From: a virus
Taxonomy: Duplodnaviria; Caudoviricetes
DNA length: 64,000 bases
Strand: one strand, 5' to 3'
Virus record (IMG/VR): IMGVR_UViG_3300042474_001076
Coordinates: 24,142 to 88,141 of that record
Below the pieces are notes generated by a model that saw only the letters and a list, made by a program, of their open reading frames with translations, searched no databases and had not been told where the DNA came from. The position numbers were made by a program, and so were the translations under genes. Numbering within the stretch: the first letter of the stretch is position 1; each line of letters opens with the position of its first letter. Shown piece after piece: positions 18,001 to 27,994 of this stretch.

Positions 18001-20091
18001 TATGAAGATACCGATTGTAGGCAAGACATCAGTAGAACTTCAGGGGGAGAACCAAGTGGAACGGCACAATGGTATTCTATTCCTGCAATGTCATGTAGAA
18101 GAGTCCGTATTGCAAACATAACCATAGATCCTGCCCCAATAACAACAATAGAAACAACATTAAAAACAATACCCCTAACAGAAATTGAAATTACCACCAA
18201 AATAACCGAAGATGGTAGTACTAATACCACCAAAATAACCAACAACACACCGCCAGGACCTAAACCACTTAAAAAAGTTGATCCTCTTAAAACAGTTAAA
18301 GAAGGTATTTCTAAAAAAATATTAAGAAGTTTATTTAGTGAGTGTGATTATTTTGAGGTTATTAAAAAAGAAAACCCGATGGTTTACGATAGTATTAAAG
18401 ATAAGATAAAATATTTTAGTCCGGCATTTCACTCAACCACACCTGAAGGATTAAATGCGAGATTAACATTTTTAAATCAGTGCATGAGACCTGGACAAAC
18501 AATTCCGGTTATTGATACTGACGGTAGACCAAAATATAATGATGCGTTAAACACTTCATTTGGTGCTCCGCCTGTATTAGTTTTAAGAATTGGAGATTTT
18601 TACCATACTAAAATAATACCAAATCGTCTTGGAATAACTTACGATCCTTTACTTTTTGATATAAATCCAGAAGGAATTGGTGTACAACCTATGATTGCTA
18701 AAATTACTTTATCATTTGATTTTATTGGTGGTAATGGATTAGCCGGACCTGTTGAACAATTACAAAACGCATTATCTTTTAATTACTACGCAAACACTGA
18801 GATCTATGATGAAAGGGCGGTTGCAACAGAAGACACGTCGAAAAGGGATAACGAGATTGTCGGTAAACTTGTTCCTAATTCACCTTCTTCTCCAACTGTT
18901 GGTGACATACCAAACAATATACCTCAAAAAGGTGGAGAAACAATTGGAAAAATACTTGGAGCAAGTTCCAACGATGATGGTACTATAGAGACGGGTGAAT
19001 TAGATTATAGTGGACTTATTAGTGAGTTATCAACATCAACTAAAGATTTCTTTTCAACAATATATAACAAGTTAAAAAGTATCAATGACATTTCTAATTA
19101 CGGAATATTACAACTTGTTAATTTTAAAAGAAAATATTTTGATGGAAACATTAGTGAATTTGGAAGCCCGGCTCCATTAAAAATTTATGGTAAACCTGAT
19201 GATGTTGAAAAATTAATAAAAAATCTTGTTGACAATGCGGTAAACGATTGTAAAAATGACTTATCTCCCGTTATTAAAGATATTGTTAACGATACTGAAT
19301 ACACTAATGCAGCACAAAGACAAGTCAAAAACAAATTAGAGGATATTTTAAAAAATAGAGAAGGTGAAATAAACAATTTTGTTATTGGGTCAATTAATGA
19401 ACTCACAAGTTATCAAGAAAATTTAAACTATACTTTTAGAAAAACTGATGTGGTTATATCAAAAATTGATGGAATATTATTAGAGACTGGTAAACCAAAA
19501 GTTTATATTTTTACAGGATCTAGTGCAACAACTGTATCTGATTCAATACTTAATGTATATAAGACTAATGTTGCATCAGGAATCACCGAATTTTTTGATG
19601 TTATGTTAAACAGATATATAATAGATTCACCCTTATATAGTGAAAATATTAACGTAATGAACTTTCCGGATCTTAGTTGGTGGTTTAGACCATTTTCAAC
19701 TCCTGAACAAATAAGATTTTATATGGTAATGTCTGATGTAATGTTAGATGATAACAAATATACTTCTTTTATAGAAAGTTTAACCTCATTAGAAAAAATA
19801 AAATCTAACCCAAAATTAGTGTCTGATTTAAAAAATAGGTTTGACGACTATAGAAAACAATGTAAAACAGAAAAAGAAAATGAAAATAGATTATTTAATG
19901 ATTATGAAAAAAGTCCTGAATATGAAAAGTTTCAAAATTTTGAAATACCCCCTTTTGATGTTAAAGTAGGGTATACTACAGACAAAAATGACCCAAGTTA
20001 TTCAACGTATGAAAAAAGAATATCGGACCTATATAGTAAACAAAACTTAAATACTAATGATAAATATAATGGTAAAATAAAATTTAATTAA
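15016..20091 (+). CDS. Large baseplate/tube-initiator protein (gp48/gp54-like core) with inserted OmpA-like domain
   Basis: FPPYDITFSE.SSANW....LGRPEPIYTYSNTSRSG and PPVLVLRIGDFY....P....TLSF tube-like halves. Between them YFDND.P...IELQGSAS....YN..LSKRR..SV...RRV resembles OmpA_C. Confidence 0.6.
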   Translation: MPESVLSFTSSSSFRDLLISRNLPPYQVEGSFNPPSGNVVYEISPLNDSNVIDSPNNLISTNQLANNLYPLNEWGPDGGFIGKYSVPGAPLPVGSNNGPYDPTDSSLDLINEFYIDAAYIKNIFGPEGGYKDLIIITDLQLSSQYYLPYYNGVPSTFIPSSYTPYSILISNDPSGDMGLLSQDSYIAKTGAGYLKGYFQERIAQEFYQMTLGSINLSTLQDPFSATMLATGQQPFFTKNWKITVPENPLLAAVSFLNRLTGTYFPVSFIPGDYFDDPDPIYSPQTQNALNVVNNLTGGALGSVLNNFRSPSEIFLANTGNGQQSVLFKSLEYNLYRPNYDKPPLQQFTSVISNLFGAGPNGGGGYYVGSEDVEPSLITHPANQVAVNYLGKQQSTLVYGPSELGKLYEGNEGKINFGLQAESYSNQGGINGNFVWTSPKYKENAGWKVGVGGENKIIDEEFNQIQNSYNQNLSTEIEFRGGSILDNTQRIINAADNVGGQARLKHAGNAINQVSKVFNDGYKEMTKGSQVIAYYDSSTGDSTIGVDGTEIGREYCRVFQKDTPYLTYADLQKTDGITESGRKFNNSVLDNTFNLNIAPLRNPGSTNIIDSKVKKYMFSLENLAWRTSDQPGYTYDDLPTCEKGPNGGRIMWFPPYDITFSEDSSANWNPTKFLGRPEPIYTYSNTSRSGSINWKIVVDTPAAMNTIIEKQLSNKSSKEVDSIINSFFAGCVKYDLYDLAIKFNTIPTSDLYTYQQLLNEPRLTEEELGEIYKNVSVDKSTNLSDSDGGADVIITDGKVGEDGTNSTSGSKSSDVEVKLDQESINEFIDYSFYFDNDYPEGYTVPNTTVTATKPYDFWYNQYLSVQGTNYVSQPPVDVYVGTKKYINKSAIPKFFTEVIIGNYNKIQTEFLTKLKEIIIDQNGKVKIELQGSASAPAKIEYNRSLSKRRIDSVLQWFRSKTIGDITVPVLESQGRLTFIENSNGEEITVLVGKNGPYEDTDCRQDISRTSGGEPSGTAQWYSIPAMSCRRVRIANITIDPAPITTIETTLKTIPLTEIEITTKITEDGSTNTTKITNNTPPGPKPLKKVDPLKTVKEGISKKILRSLFSECDYFEVIKKENPMVYDSIKDKIKYFSPAFHSTTPEGLNARLTFLNQCMRPGQTIPVIDTDGRPKYNDALNTSFGAPPVLVLRIGDFYHTKIIPNRLGITYDPLLFDINPEGIGVQPMIAKITLSFDFIGGNGLAGPVEQLQNALSFNYYANTEIYDERAVATEDTSKRDNEIVGKLVPNSPSSPTVGDIPNNIPQKGGETIGKILGASSNDDGTIETGELDYSGLISELSTSTKDFFSTIYNKLKSINDISNYGILQLVNFKRKYFDGNISEFGSPAPLKIYGKPDDVEKLIKNLVDNAVNDCKNDLSPVIKDIVNDTEYTNAAQRQVKNKLEDILKNREGEINNFVIGSINELTSYQENLNYTFRKTDVVISKIDGILLETGKPKVYIFTGSSATTVSDSILNVYKTNVASGITEFFDVMLNRYIIDSPLYSENINVMNFPDLSWWFRPFSTPEQIRFYMVMSDVMLDDNKYTSFIESLTSLEKIKSNPKLVSDLKNRFDDYRKQCKTEKENENRLFNDYEKSPEYEKFQNFEIPPFDVKVGYTTDKNDPSYSTYEKRISDLYSKQNLNTNDKYNGKIKFN

Positions 20092-20092
20092 T

Positions 20093-20416
20093 ATGCAGTT
20101 ACAGTATTATAATAGATATAATTCATTTTTACTTAACGGAAAACAAACCGTTGTTCCGTATATTAATTTGCCGTCAAAATCATCAGATAAAAAATATATT
20201 TATAAGGTTGGTACGTCTAGATTAGATAAAGTGTCTCAACAACATTACAATTCACCATTTTTTGGTTGGTTAATTTTACAATCAAACCCACAATATACTG
20301 GACTTGAATTTAATATTCCTGATGGTGCGGTATTGACAATTCCATATCCGTTGTTAACTTCATTACAGGATTATAAAAACGAATTAGATAATCACATATT
20401 CTATTATGGTAAATAA
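20093..20416 (+). CDS. Baseplate wedge LysM-like protein (T4 gp53/P2 gpX-like)
   Basis: RLDKVSQQHYNSPFFGWLILQSNP...IPDGAVLTIP motif. Confidence 0.8.
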   Translation: MQLQYYNRYNSFLLNGKQTVVPYINLPSKSSDKKYIYKVGTSRLDKVSQQHYNSPFFGWLILQSNPQYTGLEFNIPDGAVLTIPYPLLTSLQDYKNELDNHIFYYGK

Positions 20417-23400
20417 CGGAGAAAATATATTAGTAGAATTTGATTACCAAAACATATCAGTAATTGACCCAAATAAAATAATTGATGAAGAAGGTAGACC
20501 AAAAGAAAGACTTATAGATCACGAAAATCTTGTGTTCTACGCTAATTTAGAATGTTCTGTATTACCAAGAACTAAATTAGCTTTAGGCGTTTCACTAAAC
20601 GAATCAGTTAAAACTATATCTGTTGGTAAAATTAATTTTTTAAATCCAGGGTTTAAAAAATTTTTAGACAATGGATGGTCAGATGAAATAACAGGAAAAA
20701 ATACTTTAACCGGAAAAGGTGTTAACCAACCAAAAAAATCTGTTAGTGTAAATCCTGATAATTCAGCAGACTTTTATTATAGTCAAAGTTTAATATCAAA
20801 TGGGGTACCTGGTGCTGTTGATAATGGATTATTAGGTATAACACAAATAAATTATAGTTGTGGTTTAGATTTTGTACCTACTATCGATATTACTCTTGAA
20901 GACGTAAAAGGAAGATCGTTGTTTGAAGGTGGTAATAATTCTCCATACGCAGCATTTTTCCAATTCCCATACCCACTTTTTCATTTAACCATAAAAGGAT
21001 ATTTGGGTAAAGCAATTAGAATACCATTAATGTTAGAAAAATTTGGATCTTCATTTGATCCAAGTTCTGGTAACTTTAGGGTAAAATTAGAACTGAAAAC
21101 ATATAAATACACAATTATGTCTCATGTTACTTTTGGAGCAATGATGGGAACACCACTAATGTACAAGTCAATTGTTACAACAAAACAAATCCAACCAAAT
21201 AATAGTTCTAATAATTCAACACCTGTTAAAAAAACATTTGCAAGTGAGGGTTATCAAAAAATGAAAGAATTATATTCTGAATATAAATCAAAAGGATTAA
21301 TTAATGATAATTTTCCTGAAATAACAATACAACAATTAAAGTACAGGTTAGATAGGTTTATTAAAAATATAATAGATAGTTTTAAAAAAACTAACTTAAA
21401 TGTTTTAAATGATTTAACAGATTACACAACCCAACTAACTGAATATGATGGGTATGTTTTTTATTATACTCCCGATTCTTGGGTAAAACAATATTTAGAT
21501 GTGAATAATATTTTTGTACTTAAAGATAGTGAAGAAATAATATACCAATGGAAAAAAGAATACAGGGACGATATTACAAAACAATCCGCACCACTAAATG
21601 AACTTGATGGTATAATTAAAAAATTTAATCTTGCTCTTGAAAAGAATAAAACATTAGGTTTAAATCAACCAAATTATATTCCGAACAAAATTGAATTAAA
21701 TACTTGTTACACTAAATCAAAGTTTATTGATGTCAACATTAATAAAACATATTTGTTAAGAACAAATAAAGAATTACCCGGAATTCCATCCGAAGTTTCC
21801 GCTTTTACAAAAACATTAGAAATCGAATTTCAGAAAAATAAAAATTTTCAATTTGATGGTAAAGGTTACTTTTTAAATCAAACAAAAGTAATGCAACAAA
21901 AATATCAAATAAATAGACAAAAAATTGAAGAATCTTTAACTGCACAATTGGCGGATCAAATGAGTAATACATCAACTGGTATTGGTTTTGAACCAACAAT
22001 GAGGAATATTTTAGCGGTATTTTTTGCTCAAGGGGAAGCTTTTTTACGTCTGATGGATGATGTACATACAAAGGCTTGGAATTTAAGAGAAGATAAGTAT
22101 AGAAAAGATGCCGTATTTGGTAGTAATTCAACGGTCCCTAGTGTTGATATAAAAAACGATGGAGAAGAAAACACCCCAATATATCCTTGGCCACAATTAA
22201 TTGTTGAAAACACAAAAAACGATGGTGGTGAGAAATATGAATTAAAATATCCTGGTGATCCGGTTTTATCGGGAAAAATAAACGCTTTTATACCTGAAAT
22301 ATGGCCTGAAGTTGAGTTTGTTGAAGAATTTATAAAGGCATATACAGAAAGAGAACTTCCAATTCCGGATCCTGAATATATTAATAATGGATTAACAAAA
22401 CCTGAAAGATTAAGTTTTAATGCTATTGAATTTCCAATTAATAATCAAGTATTTCAAAACACAGAAGAAGTAAAATTTTTTTATGAAATATATGAAAGAT
22501 TAATGTTAAATTCATTTTATAGTTTAATGTCTAGAGACTCTTCGAAATTATATAATATGGAGTTTTATTCTGCCGAGTCAGAAGTTATTAACATTATAAA
22601 AGCGTTAGGTGATGACAACCCATATCTAACTAAAAAATTAAAAGAATATAATATTAATTCAGGAGTCTATGGAGGATTTTTAAGACATATCTCAAATCAA
22701 GGAGAGGGAATATCTTGGCAAAATTTTATTAGAGGAGAATTTAATACACCATATATTAAAAATGAAACATTAAGTTCATTTGATCTTTTAGACGCTAAGA
22801 TATTAATTAATGAAATATCCCAACCAAATGTTGGAATAGAAAATACGGAATTAGTTGAAAAATATATTGGGATTGACAATGTAATTGAAAAATATGACAT
22901 ATGTGATTTGTACCCAATAACTAATTTATCTTGGGACAACAATTATTTGGCAAACGGCACAATAATACAAAAAACAGAATTGGTATATAAGACTTCTGAT
23001 GTTTTAAAATATGATTTAAATAATAAATCAATTGTTAATTTTACTGAAAATAAAATTATAAAACCAATAACTAATTTTAATTATACTGATGACATTTTTA
23101 ATCAATCAATTATAAATGGTAATTTAAAATTATTTTATAAAAATAGACAAATTAAAAATCAATATATAACAGAAGGAAATGTTTTTTATAAAAATTATAC
23201 AGACAATTTAATAGACGAACAAACAACTTCAATGTTGAACACCCCCTATTTTATAAATGCAATTCAAAAAGGAGTTTATAATTTTAGATATAATAGTGGA
23301 GATTCTTCCCCATATAAATTGGCAGCTTATCTATTTTTAAATAGTTTACCTTTAGCAACATTAAAAGAAAAATACAAATTACTTGATGATACTAATAATT

Positions 23401-26400
23401 CCACAAATGAATTAAGTTATATTATATCAACAATTAAAAAATTTGGAGCAATACATAGATTACCACACGCTTGGATTTTAAAATATGGATCACTTTGGCA
23501 TAGATACAAAACTTGGGTTGAAACTGGAAATGATATTTTAACAGAAGTTTGGAACAATTTTAATTATTCTTATAATTACGACCCCGTTAATAGTGCAACA
23601 ACAAAATCTTATAATGTTACTATTGATGGTTCACCACAAGAAATTATATTAGAGGGTAATATAACAACAAATGTTCTTGGAATTAATTATGTAAAAACAA
23701 TTATTAATAATGGTTTTTACCCAAAAACAATAGATGATTTTAATGTTTTTTATCAAGGAAAAGTTGTTTTTGATAGTGTAGTACCAATTGGAGGTACTTG
23801 TGCAATAGTTAATGATAATGAATTAGAAGTACTAACAATAAATGGAGATGAAATTATTAGTGGAATGACACTATCTGGTACTTCATTACAATATGGTACA
23901 ACAATAGTTTCTCAGATAAGTGGAACAACTGGGGGTGTTGGTAGATATATAATAACCCCTAATCAATTACCAAATGGTACAACAATTACTTTAGATCTTC
24001 TTGGTCCAACATTTAATTTTATTTTGACTAATGTTAACGCTGTTGGATATGTCAGTTCGGAAATACAATCTGCATTAAATACAAACTTAGGAATGGTTAA
24101 AACAACTGGTTCTTTAATTAATAAATCTAATGGGTTTGATTTTCCTAATGTTACACGTTCATTAACATTAACGCCTTGGTCTTGTTATGTAAAAACAACT
24201 GATCAAACTTCTATTTACCCCCTTCCTTCATTTGGGGGAATAATAAATCAAACTAAAGATGAGTGTTTTAGAATAAATGGAACTATTAAAACAGAGGTTT
24301 CAGGAAATAACTCAATGTATAATGGTTCTGTAAGATTATTTTGGAAAGCACCAAATTATGGGTATTTCAATAATAATAAAGTCGTTCCCCCAAGTCCTGA
24401 CAGTTATTTAAAAGAAATTTATAATAGTGGTACAACACAACAAAATTTTTCAATAAATGGGGATATAGGTGATTACTCTAAATTGGATGAAATGTTTACA
24501 TCATTTGATAAAAATATTTTGGACATTTTAGAGATAGAGTTTTTAAATTTTGGTAGATCGGTATATGATTATGACACATTAATTACATCTGTAACAGGTG
24601 AAGAGACAGAAAGTGAAAAAATGTGTAAAAATTTCCAATTGTTAATGAGAACAATGATGAAAATTCCGGTACCAACAGCAACAAATGGTGACTCCATTGT
24701 TTCAGAAATACAAAATAGTCAAATTACCGCATTTAAATCTTATTTAACTAAATTTATGGATTATGAGGTTGTGATGAAATATGGTAACCCGTCAAACTTT
24801 GATAAAAAATTATTTTATACTTTTTCAAATAAATATATTGAGAATCCATATACATATCAAGGGTATAAACAATCATCACCAAACACTTTACCAACTGGAT
24901 TATTAAGTCCTGTTACTTTATTACAATCAAAAACAAATAATCCAGTTACTTGGAAAGCTTTAGAGACTTATGTTGGGTTTTCAGAAATACCCGAATTAAA
25001 ATATAAAAATAATGGATCATATATTACAGATTTTTTTATTGATTTAGATGTTCAATTTAATGAAAAAAATGTTATTCAGTTTGCTCCGATAATAAAAATT
25101 TATGCAACACAGAAACTTAAAAAAAATAATATAACTAAAATTGAGTTTTATACTTTAATGAATGATTATTTAAACAAAAATGAAGATTATATTGACACAG
25201 TACTTGATTTAGAATTAACAAGATTAAGAAATAAATTACCAAACGTAATAGTTACTCCTGATAGAAATAGTGTTAAATCTAATTTACAGGGAGAACAAAC
25301 AAGATATGAAATATGGGACACATTTAAATCTATAAATGACAAATTTATTTCAGGTAATGACTATAAAACAAAAACACTATTTGAAGACATTTTATTGTTC
25401 GATAGAGCAAGTAGAGATGTTGGTCAAAAAATATATGCTGACATTTTTAAAGTAAAAGAATTAATAGAATATGGTGACCATAATAATAAAATGGTGGACA
25501 TGGTAACAACTATTTTAACTCAAAATAATTTTACATACTTTACTATGCCGGCGTACGCTAATTTTTATAATGTACAAAACGTTAGTAAAAACCCAACACC
25601 AAATCCGGAAGGGACATTAGAGTTTGCAAATTCCTTATTTGGAACATTTTTAACATTAGATTATCGGGATACAACATCAAAATTTTTATGTTTATATGCC
25701 AATAAACCTAGTGAACATTTAGCCTTAAATGATAATGTGGATTATCGTTTTAGAGATGATGCTTTTGATTTAAGAAGATCAAGTGATAATCCATTACTTG
25801 ACAATTTAAACGGAAAAACAGATTGGGATAAATCAAATAAGGTTGTTGGTTTTAATGTTGATATTGGACCTCAAAATCAACAAATATTCAAACAATTTGA
25901 TATAAGTCAAGACCCTGGACTCCCAACAACAGAAAGTTTAGAAGTGTTAAATCAGATGGCGAATTTAAATAGAAACAGAAGTGAATCAACACAGAGCGTA
26001 TCTCTTTATAACTTATATAGAAATAGAAGTTATAAGTGTAGTATTGATATGTTAGGTAATGCAATGATTCAACCAATGATGTATTTTAACTTAAGAAACG
26101 TACCTATGTTTAGTGGTCCATATATGATTACGAAAGTTAGTCATAGAATAAGTGACAATGGTTTTGATACTGAGTTTGAAGGACAAAGACAACCATTTTA
26201 TAGTATTCCGGCAATAGATAAATTTTTACAATCGTTAAGTACCACAATATTATTATCAATTAAAGAACAAATAGAAAAAGATGAAACCGCTAAACTAGAT
26301 TCTCCCGAAAATATATTACAAGAACAAAATGATATTATTAACAATACAAATAATGGTAATGGTTCTTTAACCCCAAATCAAAATTGTTCGGACAATTTAA

Positions 26401-26951
26401 ATAGTTCTTATACAAACTATACAATTGAAACCCCTACTATTACTAAAATAACATTAAAAAATTCTATTGAATTAATTAAAAAGGAAATGATAAGTGCTAA
26501 CATCACGACAGAAAATCAAACTTTAATGTTGGCATTTATATTTTCTGTGATGTATATTAATTCTTATAAATCTGATAAATTTGAGGCATATGGTCATAAT
26601 TACGGATCAATAAGGTTAGATGTTGCTTATGGGGGGTCATCATTTTTGATGGAAAACAAATATTATTGTGTAAACCAAGGATCAACCCAAAATATACCAC
26701 TTGCAATATTTAGGAGTGATGAGTACTTTGTAAAATTTGTAATAAGTAAATTCAAAGAAAAACTATCATTTATTTCAAATCAACCATTATCAACTACCGA
26801 CGAACAAATAACAGCTCTTAGTAAAGCATTTATATTAAGATGGCCGGTTAACCAACCTGACAGTGTTTATGATAAAATGACTGAACAAAATAAAAAAACA
26901 ATTGAAAATAAATTTAGAGAGTCATTTAATATTGTTAAATCAATACCTTAA
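20406..26951 (+). CDS. Giant baseplate hub protein (gp27/GpD/VgrG-like), 2181 aa
   Basis: N-terminal GITQI.......P.IDI.LEDV.GR. C-terminal CSIDMLGNAMIQPMMYF.....F.G.YMITKVSH.I....F.T.FEG.R, characteristic of GpD/gp27-type hubs. Follows the LysM gene. Confidence 0.6.
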   Translation: MVNNGENILVEFDYQNISVIDPNKIIDEEGRPKERLIDHENLVFYANLECSVLPRTKLALGVSLNESVKTISVGKINFLNPGFKKFLDNGWSDEITGKNTLTGKGVNQPKKSVSVNPDNSADFYYSQSLISNGVPGAVDNGLLGITQINYSCGLDFVPTIDITLEDVKGRSLFEGGNNSPYAAFFQFPYPLFHLTIKGYLGKAIRIPLMLEKFGSSFDPSSGNFRVKLELKTYKYTIMSHVTFGAMMGTPLMYKSIVTTKQIQPNNSSNNSTPVKKTFASEGYQKMKELYSEYKSKGLINDNFPEITIQQLKYRLDRFIKNIIDSFKKTNLNVLNDLTDYTTQLTEYDGYVFYYTPDSWVKQYLDVNNIFVLKDSEEIIYQWKKEYRDDITKQSAPLNELDGIIKKFNLALEKNKTLGLNQPNYIPNKIELNTCYTKSKFIDVNINKTYLLRTNKELPGIPSEVSAFTKTLEIEFQKNKNFQFDGKGYFLNQTKVMQQKYQINRQKIEESLTAQLADQMSNTSTGIGFEPTMRNILAVFFAQGEAFLRLMDDVHTKAWNLREDKYRKDAVFGSNSTVPSVDIKNDGEENTPIYPWPQLIVENTKNDGGEKYELKYPGDPVLSGKINAFIPEIWPEVEFVEEFIKAYTERELPIPDPEYINNGLTKPERLSFNAIEFPINNQVFQNTEEVKFFYEIYERLMLNSFYSLMSRDSSKLYNMEFYSAESEVINIIKALGDDNPYLTKKLKEYNINSGVYGGFLRHISNQGEGISWQNFIRGEFNTPYIKNETLSSFDLLDAKILINEISQPNVGIENTELVEKYIGIDNVIEKYDICDLYPITNLSWDNNYLANGTIIQKTELVYKTSDVLKYDLNNKSIVNFTENKIIKPITNFNYTDDIFNQSIINGNLKLFYKNRQIKNQYITEGNVFYKNYTDNLIDEQTTSMLNTPYFINAIQKGVYNFRYNSGDSSPYKLAAYLFLNSLPLATLKEKYKLLDDTNNSTNELSYIISTIKKFGAIHRLPHAWILKYGSLWHRYKTWVETGNDILTEVWNNFNYSYNYDPVNSATTKSYNVTIDGSPQEIILEGNITTNVLGINYVKTIINNGFYPKTIDDFNVFYQGKVVFDSVVPIGGTCAIVNDNELEVLTINGDEIISGMTLSGTSLQYGTTIVSQISGTTGGVGRYIITPNQLPNGTTITLDLLGPTFNFILTNVNAVGYVSSEIQSALNTNLGMVKTTGSLINKSNGFDFPNVTRSLTLTPWSCYVKTTDQTSIYPLPSFGGIINQTKDECFRINGTIKTEVSGNNSMYNGSVRLFWKAPNYGYFNNNKVVPPSPDSYLKEIYNSGTTQQNFSINGDIGDYSKLDEMFTSFDKNILDILEIEFLNFGRSVYDYDTLITSVTGEETESEKMCKNFQLLMRTMMKIPVPTATNGDSIVSEIQNSQITAFKSYLTKFMDYEVVMKYGNPSNFDKKLFYTFSNKYIENPYTYQGYKQSSPNTLPTGLLSPVTLLQSKTNNPVTWKALETYVGFSEIPELKYKNNGSYITDFFIDLDVQFNEKNVIQFAPIIKIYATQKLKKNNITKIEFYTLMNDYLNKNEDYIDTVLDLELTRLRNKLPNVIVTPDRNSVKSNLQGEQTRYEIWDTFKSINDKFISGNDYKTKTLFEDILLFDRASRDVGQKIYADIFKVKELIEYGDHNNKMVDMVTTILTQNNFTYFTMPAYANFYNVQNVSKNPTPNPEGTLEFANSLFGTFLTLDYRDTTSKFLCLYANKPSEHLALNDNVDYRFRDDAFDLRRSSDNPLLDNLNGKTDWDKSNKVVGFNVDIGPQNQQIFKQFDISQDPGLPTTESLEVLNQMANLNRNRSESTQSVSLYNLYRNRSYKCSIDMLGNAMIQPMMYFNLRNVPMFSGPYMITKVSHRISDNGFDTEFEGQRQPFYSIPAIDKFLQSLSTTILLSIKEQIEKDETAKLDSPENILQEQNDIINNTNNGNGSLTPNQNCSDNLNSSYTNYTIETPTITKITLKNSIELIKKEMISANITTENQTLMLAFIFSVMYINSYKSDKFEAYGHNYGSIRLDVAYGGSSFLMENKYYCVNQGSTQNIPLAIFRSDEYFVKFVISKFKEKLSFISNQPLSTTDEQITALSKAFILRWPVNQPDSVYDKMTEQNKKTIENKFRESFNIVKSIP

Positions 26952-26993
26952 AATGTTTTTTTTGTTTTATTAGATATTTATAATAAAAAAACT

Positions 26994-27218
26994 ATGAGCA
27001 CAAAATTAATTTTAGATAACTATCTTGGTAAAAACACAAGAGTAACAGAAAAAGATAATGGTAATGGATTTAAAGAGGTGTGTGATTTAGATACCGGAGA
27101 TTGTTACACAATAAGAATGAAGGATGGACTGATTGAACGTGTAGACAATACATTAAACACACATAAAAAAATCCAAGTTGAAACAAAATCTGGAATAAAA
27201 CAATTATTAAACGGTTAA
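26994..27218 (+). CDS. Hypothetical protein, 74 aa
   Basis: Clean ORF with TATTTAT motif 12 nt upstream; contains CDLDTGDC. Confidence 0.65.
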   Translation: MSTKLILDNYLGKNTRVTEKDNGNGFKEVCDLDTGDCYTIRMKDGLIERVDNTLNTHKKIQVETKSGIKQLLNG

Positions 27219-27219
27219 T

Positions 27220-27885
27220 ATGTCAATAGATAAAAAAATATTAGAAGAAATTAGAAGATATAAAAATATCAATAAATATATCTTAGAACAAGAAACACCT
27301 CCGGGTGAAGAATTACCCCCACTTCCGGGTGGAGAGGTTGCTCCTCCACCTCCTGGCGGAGAATTACCACCACCTCCGGGTGGAGAATTGCCACCACCTC
27401 CGGGTGGAGAGGTTGCTCCTCCACCTCCAACCGAACCAACACCTCAACCAGTTGATATTAAAAATGATCCTGATGTGGAAGAAGTTGGAAATGAAACCGA
27501 AGAACTTGATATTACCGATTTAATTAACACACAAAAAACATTTGCTGACAAACAAGAAGAATATTTTAATAATTTATTTAATCAATTAAATACTCTTGAG
27601 ACTAAATTAGGTGAAATGGATAATTTAGTTAATACGGTAAATAGTTTGGAATCAAAAATTGAAAAAATAAGACCAAAAACTCCTGAAGAAAAATTGGAAT
27701 TAAGAAGTTTAGATTCTGGACCGTTTAATCAAAAATTAAGTGATTTTTTTGATGACAAAATGGGAGAAATGGAAAAATCTGGAAAAAATGAATATGTTTT
27801 AACAACTAATGATGTTGAAGAATTTTCTCCAAATGAAATTAAAGGTAGTTTTAATGACTACGAAGACCAAGATGAAATGATGTAA
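27220..27885 (+). CDS. Hypothetical acidic/proline-rich coiled-coil protein (possible internal head or scaffold-type protein)
   Basis: Leader ILEEIRRY..INKYILEQE, PPPPGGE repeats, then a heptad coiled coil. Confidence 0.6.
   Translation: MSIDKKILEEIRRYKNINKYILEQETPPGEELPPLPGGEVAPPPPGGELPPPPGGELPPPPGGEVAPPPPTEPTPQPVDIKNDPDVEEVGNETEELDITDLINTQKTFADKQEEYFNNLFNQLNTLETKLGEMDNLVNTVNSLESKIEKIRPKTPEEKLELRSLDSGPFNQKLSDFFDDKMGEMEKSGKNEYVLTTNDVEEFSPNEIKGSFNDYEDQDEMM
27298..27429 (+). repeat. GC-rich 24/27-bp tandem repeat encoding PPPPGGE[L/VA]
   Basis: About five copies of CCACCTCCGGGTGGAGA-like units. Confidence 0.9.
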
Positions 27886-27932
27886 CATGTTAATTATTTA
27901 ATCAAAATCTCTATATATTTTTACTTACCTTA

Positions 27933-27961
27933 TTGACTACTATTTTTATTTAACTTATACT
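27933..27961 (+). promoter_or_regulatory. Sigma70-like promoter TTGACT-N17-TATACT upstream of SSB
   Basis: Near-consensus -35/-10 with 17-nt spacer, 33 nt before ATG 27995; heads the replication block. Confidence 0.55.
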
Positions 27962-27994
27962 TTCTATTATAAACTTTTAAAAAATATATAAACA

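Noticed and set aside
27298-27429. Possible CRISPR or iteron-like array
   Set aside because: The repeats are in-frame, degenerate at synonymous positions and lack unique spacers, so this is a coding repeat. No CRISPR array was seen anywhere in the window.
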